DNA of 64,000 nucleotides, taken from assembly GCA_965219995.1 (NCBI GenBank), contig CBDCOX010000002.1:3680001-3744000 (forward strand), read 5' to 3'. Below are positions 8,252 to 19,787 of the stretch, piece after piece. Origin of the DNA: Candidatus Latescibacterota bacterium (lineage in GTDB: Bacteria > Latescibacterota > UBA2968 > GCA-2709665). The translations under genes were made by a program, and so were the position numbers. How positions within the stretch are numbered: position 1 is the first letter of the stretch; every line of letters begins with the position of its first letter. The notes beneath the pieces are model-generated. The model saw nothing but the letters and a program-made list of their open reading frames with translations, was not told the origin of the DNA and ran no database searches.

Positions 8252-11200
8252 TTAAATCCAATGGCGGCGGCGCTGGAACGGGTAGCCCGGAAGGGAGATG
8301 CGGCGCCGCGTTTCACCCGAGAACAAACCGTCGAACGAAATCGCCAGCCCCGTCTCGTACGCACCCGCGACCGCCTCGATGAATCGGTCGCAGCATGCCC
8401 CCGCATCGTCACCGGATGGCCGCGGCAGGCTTGAAAGCACAACCGGCGCCTCCCCATCATTCGCGGACTTCGGCCTTGTCATTGTTGAATCGGAGCCGTT
8501 CACAGCGTCCGGCCCGATCTCGATCACGACGTCCACCCCGGCTTCGACCAGGGTTTCGAAACAACGGTCCAGTCTCGCCGGTTCGTTCGCCTTGCGGCGC
8601 CAGTACTCGGCCTCGAGGGCGTCGTCCGGGTCGACGGAACGCCCGGTAGCGCCACTTATCATGTCGACCGAAGGAGGCACAGCCGCGATTTTCTCCACGG
8701 ATCCTTCCGGTCCAAGGGATGCCGCAATCCGCAATCCTTCCTCCAGGCTGAATACCCCCGCCGCCCTGGCTGCCGCGAGTTCACCAAGGTCCCGGCCAAC
8801 GACCACGTTCGGTCGGATACCCACACTCGACCAGAGTTCGGTAAGCGCGCAATGCAACGCGTAGATCGCCGGCTGCCGACAGGCAGGGTCCTCAAAGGCG
8901 CCGTCTGATTCCACTGTCCTGATCATGACCTCCAACAGCGAGGCGTCTCGCATTTCGCGAAAAACCTCGTCGCAGCGATCCAGGACCGCACGCACGACGG
9001 GTTCCGTTTCGTACAGCGAACGGCCCATGCCCGCCTGGTGGCTGTCCTTCCCGGCGTAGGCGAACGCCACCTTCCCGGCGGTCACGGGTACCAACCCATC
9101 CTCCCCCAGCGCCACTGTCTTCAATCCTTCACGCAACGACGCGACGTCGTTGAAGGGCACGCCCGCCCTGTAGGAGAAATGGCTCCGGCCCACCCCCGCG
9201 GTCCAGGCCATGTCGGCGAGCATGTCCGATTGAGCTGCGTGGGAAGACGCCTCCCCGGCACGCTGGTCCAGCCAGTCCGCGTAGCGTGCCGCAAGCTCCC
9301 GGAGCGCCCCTTCGGCCTTGCCGGACAGGGGCAGGAACCGGGTTTCCCGCTTCTGCAACCGGCCATCCTCCGGCAGCGGCAGGTCCCCGACCGGCGCCGG
9401 CAACGAAATGGACACCTGTTGCGCGGACCCGGCGGAAAGGAGGCCCATATCCGGGTTGTTTCCGGCCGGGTTTCCATATCCCTCCACGACCACGTGGGCG
9501 TTCGATCCCGATATCCCGAATGCGCTCACCCCCGCCCTGGACGGTCTGTCGGCGTGGTGCGGCCAGCCCGTTGCCTCGGATGTCACGCGTACAGGGAGCC
9601 GGCTCCAGTCCAGGTTCGGATTGGGAACCCGGAAGTGCAGATGTCTGGGAATCATCCCATGCTTCATCGCCAGCACCGTCTTGATCAGGCCGGCAATCCC
9701 GGCAACCGTCTCCAGGTGCCCGACGTTGGTCTTCACAGACCCGATCAGCAGAGGGCGGTCCGCTTCGCGTTCCCTGCCGTACACCGCCGCCGCCGCCTGC
9801 AACTCAATGGAATCGCCCATGGCGGATCCGGCCCCGTGCGCCTCCAGGTAGTCCACGTCGGACGGGGCGATACCCGCTCTTGCCAGCGCGGCCTCGATCA
9901 GGCGTTCCTGCGCGGGACCGTTCGGTACGGTCGGACCGGCCGCGGCGCCGTTCTGATTGACCGCCGAGCCCCGGACCACGCCCCAGATGCGGTCGCCGTC
10001 CGCTTCCGCGTCCGCGAGTCGCTTCAGGACGACCATGCCGCAACCGTCTCCCCGAACGAAGCCGTTCGCGGACCCGTCGAAGGCCTTGCACTGCCCCTCG
10101 GGCGACAACATCCCCAGTTCCGCCATCTCTCTGGTCAACCTCGGCGACAGGACAGCGTTCACGCCGCCAACCAGGGCGAGGTCGACTTCGCCCTCCCGCA
10201 ATCCCGTCACAGCCTGGTGCACGGCCACCAGCGACGAAGCGCAGTTCAACTCTACGGGTATCGCCGGCCCCTCCAGACCCAGCACGAACGCGACTCGTCC
10301 GACGGTCATGCTGGCGGAAGTACCCAGGTAACTGATATCGTGGTCGCCGGCGGCCATCAGGTCCCTGTACTCGCTGCTGGCGATGCCGGCATAAACCCCG
10401 GTACGGCTTCCCCTCAACCCGCCGGGATCGATGCCGGCATCCTCGAGTGCCTGCCAACTCGTCTCCATCAGCATTCGCTGCTGAGGGTCCATCATGCGTG
10501 CCTCGACGGGCGCAATCTGGAAGAAACGCGCGTCGAACCGGTCGATCCCATCCACAAATCCACCACTGCGGTACACATTGAATCCACCGGTGAGTTCATC
10601 GGCGCAGCTTCCCGTGGTTCCGGAATTCCAGCGACCGTCCGTCACCGCGTTCGCGCCGGCTTCGAGTTGATTCCAGAATTCCATGACGTTTGAAGCGCCA
10701 GGGAATCTGCACGCCATACCGACGATCGCGACGCCGGTTTCCTCGCGTGGAGCGGTCGGCACACGCTCAGGCTCAGGTTGCGGTTCAGGGGCAGGCGCGG
10801 GCGCACTCTCGATCTCACCCAGTTCTCCGACGAGGTGTCCGGCGAGGCTGGCGATATCCGGGTAGTCGAATACCAGCGTGTTGGGCGCTACGTAATGCCC
10901 CGCGAAAGCCCGGTTCAGCCGGTTCCGGAGTTCCACCGCCATCAGCGAATCGATCCCCAGATCGAAGAAGCCCACCGCGGGCGCGGGTGCCGCCGGCAGC
11001 CTCAACACCGCTTGAACTTCCTGCTGCAGGAAGGATACGAGCAATGCTTCGCGCCCCACCGCCGGCGTGACCTCCAGCATGGAAAGCAGGTCTTCCGATG
11101 CGCCTGCCGCGTCCGCCGCGGAATCTTCGGCCGCCGGCAGCAGGTCTTCGAACAGGGACGGACGACCTTCGACGGCCTCTCCGAACACGGACCAGTCCGC

Positions 11201-14200
11201 CGCCAGTACGACCGAAGTCGTGGGATCCTCGCGCAGCAGCCGGTCGAACACCCTGAGGCCCTGTTCCGGGCTGAACCATCCGGTTCCGGCCGCCTCGCGC
11301 CGACGGGCAATCCGGTCCCGCTGTTCCTCCGCCTCGCCGAGTCCGGACCATGCACCCCAGGCGATGGCCTGTCCGGGTAGCCCGAGCGCGCGCCGGTGGG
11401 CGGCGAGTTGATCGAGGAACGTGTTGGCCGCCGCGTGGTTCGCCTGGCCCGGATTGCCCAGAATCCCGGCCACACTCGAGAACAGGACGAAGAGATCCAG
11501 GTCGCAGTCGGCGGTGGACCGGTGCAGATGCCAGGCGCCAAGAACCTTCGGCCGGAGAACCTGCTCGAACCGCTCCCAGCTCTGATTCGCAAGCGAAGCA
11601 TCCGACAGCACCCCCACGCTGTGGATCACGCCTCCAAGCGGCGGCGATTCAGCCTTGATCCGCTCGAACATTGCGTCCACCGCGCCGGCATCCGTGACAT
11701 CGGCCAGCTCCACCCGCACCGCAACGCCGCGTTCCCTGAGCGCTGCGATCGTTTCCTCCGCTTCCTGGTCCGGAGGCCGCCGGCCGTTCAATACGATGGC
11801 CCCCGCACCCCGCTCCGCCAGCCAGCCGGCCAGGGCGCATCCGATTCCGCCCAGGCCGCCGGTCACCAGGTAGGTCCGGTCCTGCCGCAGCCGGCCATCC
11901 ACGAGCGGTGGCGAGGCCAGTACGATCTTCCCGATGTGCCGGGCGTCGCGCATGAACTCCATCGCGGCTCCGGCCTCGGCCAACGGCCACCGGGTGTGGA
12001 TCAGGGGCTTCAGTTCTCCCGCCCCGAGTCGCTCCATAACGTTCCGGAGCGCCGCTCCGGGCCGCGCCGGGTCCTGCTCCTTGAGGACGTCCAGCTCCAG
12101 GATGGCGTAGGCGACGTCCGGCCGCACAGCCGCCATTTCCTCCTCGCTCAGGATGTCGCGCCTTGCCAGCTCGACGAATCGACCGCCTTGCCTGAGGCAG
12201 GACAGACTCGCCTCGATGAAGCCCTCACCGGTAAGGCTGTTCAGCACCACGTCCACACCCGCGCCGTCCGTGGCTTCCAGGATCTCCCCGCCGAAGTCCG
12301 TCGTGCGGCTGTCGAAAATGCGCGTCACGCCGAGTGATCGGAGATACGCCTGTTTAGGCGCGCTCGCGGTGGCGAAGACTTCCGCGCCGGCGGCCTGCGC
12401 CAATTGGACGGCCGCGAGCCCCACGCCGCCCGCGGCGGCGTGGATCAGCACCCGTTCGCCCGCCTTCAGGCCCGCAATATCGAATGACAACGCGGTGGTC
12501 CCGAACACGGTGGGCACCGTGGCGAGGGCTGCGACCGGAATCCCCGGGGGCGCGAGCGCCACCAGTTCCTCCTTCGTCACCACTTCCGGTCCGAATGTGC
12601 CGAATGCCAGGCCGACCACACGGTCGCCCACGGAGACCGTTGAGGTTCCGGAGCCGACCTCTACGATCCGGCCGCACATCTCTTCGCCCATCAGGCCTTC
12701 ACCCACCAGGCCCATGCCCCGGAACACGTCGAGGAAGTTCAGCCCGCGGGCTTCGACCGCGACGCGAACTTCCCCCGGCTCCAGGGAACGCGCCGGCAAC
12801 GGCTGGACCTGAAGCTCCTGGAGCGTGCCGCCGGCGGCAGGGGCCAACAGCCAGTCGGAACCCTCCGGCAGGGCGAGGCGCGCGCCGGTGCGAACCAGGC
12901 GGGCCACCCGGCGGCGCCCGGTCCGATACGCGATTTGCGTCTCCGGGTCGGGAAACAGCAGTTCTTCCGCGAAGTCGCCCGGCAGTTCCGTCGCCTCGGG
13001 GTCGAGATCGATCATCTTCGGATTCAGGTGCGCCGCTTCCCGGGCCACCACCCTGCCGAAACCCCACAACGTCGCTCCGCCAAGCTGCCCCGCGCGCTCC
13101 CGCTCCAGGACCTGCGCGCCACGTGTGACGAACCACACTCCCTTCGCGGGGGTCAGGTCGGCATCGATCACGCCTTGCATCAGAGCCAGCGCGGTGGCCG
13201 TGGCTCGTTTCGCATCCTCTCCCATTTCCTCCGTGGTCGCCGCCGCCCCGTGACCGTCCAGCGCCGCGAGATGCACGATACCGCCGAGGGGCACGTTGCC
13301 GGGCAGTCCCTCCAGCAGGGATTGCCACGACTCGCGCCGGTCCATCTCCACGGCGCAACTGACGACGCCGTCCGCTTCGTGGGCGGACCCCACCGTTTCC
13401 GTCGATTCCGCGTCCGCCAGCACAACCGTCTGGTTCCGCGCTGTGAGTTGGGCCGCCAGCGCCGTGGCGACGCCGCCCCGGTCCCCCGCGAGAACCCATG
13501 CGGCCGGCGGGAGGAGCACCTCCGCCGGCCCCTGCGCCACGATCACGCCCCGGTCGGGCAACCCGGCCGACTCGGACTCGTCGACGCCAAGGATCTCGAC
13601 CTCGCCGAAACCCACGTCGCCGAGCGCTCGCCGCCACACGTCCGGCCCCGCCAGGGCGTGGTCCGAACGGTACCGATCTGCGAATCGCCACCAGCCGTCC
13701 AGCTGTCCGAATATCAGGTCCATCCAGCCTCTGCCGCGCTGGTTCTCCAGCGCCACAAGCTGTCCCGCCGGCGCCAGAAGCTCCCGGCAGTGCGCCAGCG
13801 TCTGATCGAGATACTGCGTCGCATGCAGCACGTTGGCGGCAATTACGAGGTCGTACGCGTGGGAATCATAGCCCTGAGCCGCCGGCTCCTTCTCAATATC
13901 CAAAACGCGGTATTCGATAGGCGCATCCGCCTGGTCGAAACGCGCTTCCGCGTCGGAGAAGAAGCCCGCGGAGATGTCCGTGTAGGTATAGTCGAACCGC
14001 CCGCCCGGCAGCCCGGGCAGGACGCACTCGGTCGCCGACCCGATGCCCGCGCCGACCTCGAGCACCCGGAGCCGGCGCCCCTCCGGCAGCCCGGCCGCAA
14101 GGTCCTGCACCACCTCTCCGAGCATCTGGTTCGCCGCTCGCCACACGGGCGCCCTGCGGTAGAGATCGGCAGCCTGCGGTTCCGCGTCGCCGAACAACAG

Positions 14201-17200
14201 CGACAGCGGGTCCTCGCGGCCCCGCAGCACCTCCGCGAGGGCCCCCGCACAGCGCCTGATGAGCCCGATCTCGTTCGCGCCGTGCCGGTACCGTCCGGTC
14301 ATGCCGGTCGCGTGCTCATCGGCATCATGCGGCATTTCTTCCGGCAACGCATCTTCGGCCCCGACCGCCACCACGAATCCCTCGTCCGCCGCCTCCAGCA
14401 CGCCCGATCGTGCCAGTATTTCGAGGATCCGCCGGAACAGCCGGGCGTGTTCCGGCAAAACTCCCAGGTCCTGCCGCAAGCCGTCCGGATCCACGTCGGC
14501 GCCCGTCGTGCGCCGCCAACCCAGCTTTTCCAGGGCCGAAAGCGCATACGCCCACGACAACCGCTCCAGGTCGGCTTGCAGGGCGGCCTCTTCTTCGACG
14601 CCGACGCCTTCGGCGGCCAGGTACAGTGAGAATGGCTTCGAGCGGGGCGCCACGTCCAACGGGCCTGGCAGGAAATCGGCGGACGGCATTCCAGGCTCGA
14701 GGACACTGTCCCGCCACACCATCTCGTACAGGAGTTCGTCCAGTCCTTCCACGGCCGAGAGCAGCGCTTCACGGGTCGCGCGCTTCACCGTATATCCATC
14801 CAGCTCGCACAGCAGGGTACCGCTCGGGTCGTAGATCCGGAGGTCTCCGGTAAGGACCTCCGGCGGCTCGGATTCCGTATCCGGCGACGGGGTCCGCAGG
14901 TCTGCGGACATGCGCGCGTGGCAGACAACCCGCTCCGGGAGCGGCCCCGCGAGCCAAAGCCGTTCCCATCCGAACGGCAGATAGGTGACCCCTTCCCAGG
15001 TCCCCGCCGGTTCGCGCGCCGCGGCCATGACCTGGAAACAACCGTCGAGCAGGAGCGGATGGATTTCGTTCCCGCCGGGGTCGATGCCTGCCGGCAGCGC
15101 CACCTCGCCAAGCGCCTCACCCGTCCCGGACCAGACCGCTTCCAGCGTCCGGAACGACGGCCCATGGTCGATCCCTACCCCGGCCTTCGCCCGATAGATT
15201 GCGGCCACGTCCTGCGGCGACAGGTCGGCTTTGAGGCTCTTCAGGTCCGACGGCGCCTCCGTACTCGGACCGCCGGTGTCCGGCGACAACCGGCCCTCCG
15301 CGTGCAGCGTCCACTCGTCTCCGGAATCTCCCCTGCTGAGTATTCGAATTCGTTGCGCCTCGCCGGGCTCGTCGATCAGGACCTGCATTCTCCTGCCCCG
15401 TTCACCGGCCTCGTCGCCGGCGTTCTCATCCGCGAAGATCAACGGGTTGTGGAGTTGAACATCCTCGAGCGCGTCCCTCCCGGCGCCCTCGGCGAAGGCG
15501 GCCGATACCGCCATGGCCCCGTAGAGCGCGCCCGGCGCCACGAGCCGGTCGAACACCCGGTGGTCCCGCATCCATGCCGGGTCCGAGGGAAACACCTCCG
15601 TATCGAACGCGACCTCGCCGCTGGCGGATTCGTGCCGGCCTCCAAGCAGCGGGTGGCCGGCGCCCGTCCGCCGCCTGGTCGCCTTGACCCAATGGCTCTT
15701 GCGCTGGAACGGATAGCCCGGCAACGAGACCCGGCGCCGCGCTTCGCCGGCGAACAGGCCGGAAAAGGAAACCGGTAGTCCCGATTCGTAAGCCCTTGCG
15801 ACGGCCACTGGAAAGGCACGGTCGGCCTCCGCCCGCGACACCCTGCTCGAGGGGCGCAACAGGCTCGAAAGCGCGATCGGCGGCGGGGCGCTTCCCGCTG
15901 CGTCCGGCCAGGCCATGGTCGCCATCGATCCAAGCACCGAATGGGGCCCGACTTCAATGATCAGATCGACGCCCAGACGCGCCAGGGTCTCCATGCTTCG
16001 ACTGAATGCCACCGCCTCGCGCGAGTGGCGGCGCCAGTATGCGCCGTCCATTCGTTCATCCGACTCCAGCACCCTGCCCGTCACGTTGCTGATGAGTGTG
16101 AGCGAAGGAGACGAGATTTCCAGATTCGCGACCACGTCCTCCAACCCGTCCAGCATCGGATCCACCATGGGCTGTGGAAGGCGTTTCCGGTGGCGAGTCG
16201 GTTGACCCGGACTTCCCGGGCAAGGAAGCGCTCCGAGATCTCCGTAACGTCGACTTCAGGGCCGCTCACGACCTGATGCGCGCCATTGTACGCAGCGATG
16301 CACAGTCCCATCCCGTCGGACGCGGCATTCAGTTCATCGATCGCCGTCTCGACTTGCTGTACGTCGGCGAAGATCGCGGCCATGGCGCCGCCTTGCGGCA
16401 ACGCAGCCGTGAGTTCCCCCCTCGCCGCGGCAAAACGTACGCCTTCCTCCAGGTCGAACACCCCCGCCGCCTGTGCGGCGGCGTGTTCACCAAAGCTGTG
16501 GCCGAGCACAACGTGAGGACGAACACCCAGGCTGGACCACAGCGCCGTCAGTGCGCACTCCAACGAAAAAATCGCCGCCTGCGTCCACGCCTGGTTGGAA
16601 AGATCTCCTGATCGCCCGAACATCACATCCAGCAGCGAGCTGCCCCGTTCCTTCCTCATCACCGCATCGCAGCGGTCGAGGACCGCTCGGAACACCGGCT
16701 CCGTCTCGTAGAGCTTCTCACCCATACCAACCCAGTGGCTTCCCTGACCCGTGTACAGGAAGGCAACCCGGGAAGGAGCTTGCGCGTCGTTCGCGGCGCC
16801 CGAGTCGGCAAGTGCACGGAGCTCTTCGCGCAGAGACGGAACGTCGTCGAAGACGATGCCTTTCCGATGTGTGAAATGGCTCCGGCCCACGCCGGCCGTC
16901 CACGCCATGTCGGCAAGCACGGACTGTGCCGCGCCCCCGGGTTCGGCGGCGCGCTCGTCCAGCCAGTCCAGGTACCGCCCCGCCAGGACCTGAAGCGCCT
17001 CATTCGACTTCCCGGAAAGCGGCAAAACGCGCGTTTCTCTATCTGCCGGAGCGTCCGAGCCCTGCATCTGTTCTGCTGTCTCGCCGGGAAGCGTTACGGC
17101 GACACGCATTCGGGAACCCGACGGCCACCGGCGATTTTCGACGCCGGCCAGCCCTTCCGCCCCGGCATCGTACGCTTCCACCACCACGTGTGCGTTCGTG

Positions 17201-18528
17201 CCCGACCAGCCGAAACCACTTATCCCGGCCGTCGGGAGCCGCTCCGCATGGCGCGGCCAGGCTGACTGTTCCGCCGTCACCTGCAGAGGCATCCTGTCCC
17301 AGTCCAACGCCGGATTCGGCTCACGGAAGTTCAGGTGCCTTGGAATCACGCCGTGATTCATTGCCAGCGCGACCTTTATCAGCGCCGCAACGCCGGCCGC
17401 AGGCTCGAGATGGCCGATGTTCGTCTTCACCGAACCGATCAGGAGCGGCCTGTCCTGCGCGCGACCGTCGCCGTAAGCGGTCGCGGCTGCCCGTAACTCG
17501 ATGGGGTCGCCCACCGTCGTACCCGTCCCGTGCGCCTCCAGATAATCCACGTCCAACGGCGTGAGCCCGGCATCTGACAACGCGGCCCCGATGACGCGCT
17601 CCTGTGAAGCGCCGTTCGGTACGGTCAACCCCGGGCTTGCGCCATCCTGGTTGACCGCCGAACCGCGGATTACGCCCCAGATCCGGTCGCCGTCCGCCTC
17701 CGCCTCGCGGAGTCGCTTCAGAACCACGATGCCACATCCTTCGCCCCGCACATAACCGTTCGCGGCGGCGTCGAACGTCTTGCATTGCCCGTCGGGCGCC
17801 AACATTCCTGCCTTCCCTCGCAGTTCAGACAGCCGCCCGGACACGATCAGGTGAACCCCTCCGGCGAGCGCGAGGTCCGCTTCGCCCCGTTGCAGCCCCG
17901 ACACCGCCTGATGAGTCGCCACCAGCGATGACGAGCAGGCGGTGTCAAGCGCCATCGCCGGCCCCTCGAGTCCCAGTGCGAAGGCGACCCGACCGATGGC
18001 CGTGTTGAAGGAAGTGCCGCTGACGGCATAGAGGCTTGCCGCCGGCTCGGTAATCTCGGTCCCACCCAGGATCAGGCTGCGGTAGTCGTGATTGCTGATC
18101 CCCGCATAGACGCCGGTCCGGCTGCCCTTCAGCCGATCCGGATCCATCCCCGCATCCTCGATCGCCTTCCAGCTCGTTTCCAGCATCAACCGCTGCTGCG
18201 GGTCGAGCAATTGCGCCTCGACCGGCGAAATGCGAAAGAACGCAGCGTCGAACAGGTCGATTCTGTCGAGGTAAGCGCCGAAACGGCAGGCTTCGCTCTG
18301 AATCTCGGCGTCGGGAAAAAGCTCTCCTATGCGCCCGTCGCCGGAACCAGGGACTCCCTCACTGACGGCATTTTCGCCGGCTTCCAGCAATTTCCAGAAC
18401 GAAGGGACGTCCGGCGCCCCCGGAAATCGACAGGCCATGCCCACGATTGCGATTGGCTGCGCGAAGCCGGAATTCGCGCGGTCGCCGCTCAGGTCTTCCG
18501 AATATTCAACATGCCCTTCTGCGTCCAT
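8252..18528 (-). CDS. supA: SupA-type type I PKS (KS-AT-DH-cMT-ER-KR-ACP-KS-AT0), interrupted by a 1-nt frameshift at ~16170
   Basis: KS1 DTACSSS/HGTGT/NIGH; AT GHSFG...AFHS; DH HPLLG/DHRV; MT LEVGAGIG; ER IHAAAGGVG; KR TGGLGGIG; ACP GIDSL; KS2 LNCASS; AT2 GRDLG. ORFs 16081-18639 and 8252-16168 join if one C is added in AGCCC|ATG, giving ~3425 aa. Confidence 0.9.
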
Positions 18529-18659
18529 TTTGTCCCCCCCCCGATATGCGCGATCGAGCACGCCCACCTTACACGATACGCCCGGACCCGTTCCGAGGGT
18601 ATCGGAAGAATCTGCCAACTTCAGTATCCGTAACTCCAATGACGAACGGCAAACGAGAT

Positions 18660-19451
18660 TCAGCTGCCCGGATTCCGCTCCAGCGTTTCAAGCCAGCGAT
18701 AGCCGAAGGTGGGGATATTGCTTGAGGCCGCCGTCGCGCCGCCGGGGAACATGCTGAATCGTTCCACCCGCAGGCGGTAGCTGTAACCGTGTACCGGCCG
18801 GAAATCCACGAATTCACTTCGGAACGCGGCGCCGTTGACGACGTTGCAGAAACTCGAACCGGTCTCATCGCACTTGATCCTGCCGGGCCCCACGGTGATT
18901 TCTTCCTCCTGAGTGCCCGCCGCCTCGGTCTTCGCGACGATTTCACCCAACACATGGCGGCCATCGCCATATTTGTTTACATTCAATGTATAGTAATATC
19001 CCGCTTCGTATTCGAAATTTGTGATAATATCATCGTACGATTCGCCGTCTACGAGCAGACAAAAGTCATCGGCAATCGAGCATTTTACCCGGGTTGGGGC
19101 CAGGGACAATGTCACCGGGGTGGATGGCGCGAGGTCTCTCTCCAGCTGTTCCAGCAGCCGATAGGCATATTTGCCGGCATCCTGCGGCGGCTCCTCTCCG
19201 CCCCACGGGTCGTATTTTCCGATCCGCAGGCGGTAGGTGTAGCCCGGTTCGAAGGTGAAGCCATCGATCCCGTCGTAAAACAGCAAGCCGTCAACCACCA
19301 TGCAGGTACGTTCGCCCACGCCGTAACATCTGGCCAGGGTCGGACCAACGGTGACTTCCAGAATTTCAACATAGCGCGGTCCGACCGCATCGTCACATGC
19401 GGCCAACGTCAGAACGAAAACGAAGGGAAGCGCAAACTTTTCGGTTCGCAT
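18660..19451 (-). CDS. lipoprotein with three DUF4377-like repeats
   Basis: Lipobox LAAC; three Cys-pair/[IF]xxFxxxxGYxYxL units; PPQDAGKYAYRL. Confidence 0.75.
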   Translation of the reverse strand: MRTEKFALPFVFVLTLAACDDAVGPRYVEILEVTVGPTLARCYGVGERTCMVVDGLLFYDGIDGFTFEPGYTYRLRIGKYDPWGGEEPPQDAGKYAYRLLEQLERDLAPSTPVTLSLAPTRVKCSIADDFCLLVDGESYDDIITNFEYEAGYYYTLNVNKYGDGRHVLGEIVAKTEAAGTQEEEITVGPGRIKCDETGSSFCNVVNGAAFRSEFVDFRPVHGYSYRLRVERFSMFPGGATAASSNIPTFGYRWLETLERNPGS

Positions 19452-19593
19452 TCGGGCACCCTCCAATCGAGTATCGCATCCTGGTGCGTTGTTCCCGGCA
19501 TCCTGAATTCGTCGATTCTGCGCTCCAAAGCGTCCTGATGCGGCCGATCGAGGCCTTACAGGCTTGTCCTGTGCGACGACCGCAATTCAAAAG

Positions 19594-19623
19594 TTGACAA
19601 GACCGGTTCTTCCAATATAACTT
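19594..19623 (+). promoter_or_regulatory. probable sigma70 promoter for the TonB receptor
   Basis: TTGACA followed 16-18 nt later by TATAAC/TAACTT in AT-rich DNA. Confidence 0.5.
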
Positions 19624-19787
19624 TAAAATATATAACAAAAATCGATAATTGGACAATGGCCGGAGACCAACATCCGGGTTGCCGGCTCCTCAGCGCGGGA
19701 CTACAGATAACTGAAACATTCAGAATGCGATTCTCTTTGAATTCGCCATTTCAGGGCCCGGCCCTGATCGCTTGAGGGGGTAAGACG

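Noticed and set aside
16160-16185. Programmed ribosomal frameshift in supA
   Set aside because: No slippery heptamer or evident stimulator; an indel in a short homopolymer is simpler
9038-17564. Long plus-strand ORFs opposite supA (for example 551 and 564 aa)
   Set aside because: Antisense frames typical of high-GC coding DNA
19640-19787. Cobalamin or TPP riboswitch before the TonB receptor
   Set aside because: No diagnostic motifs recognised by eye
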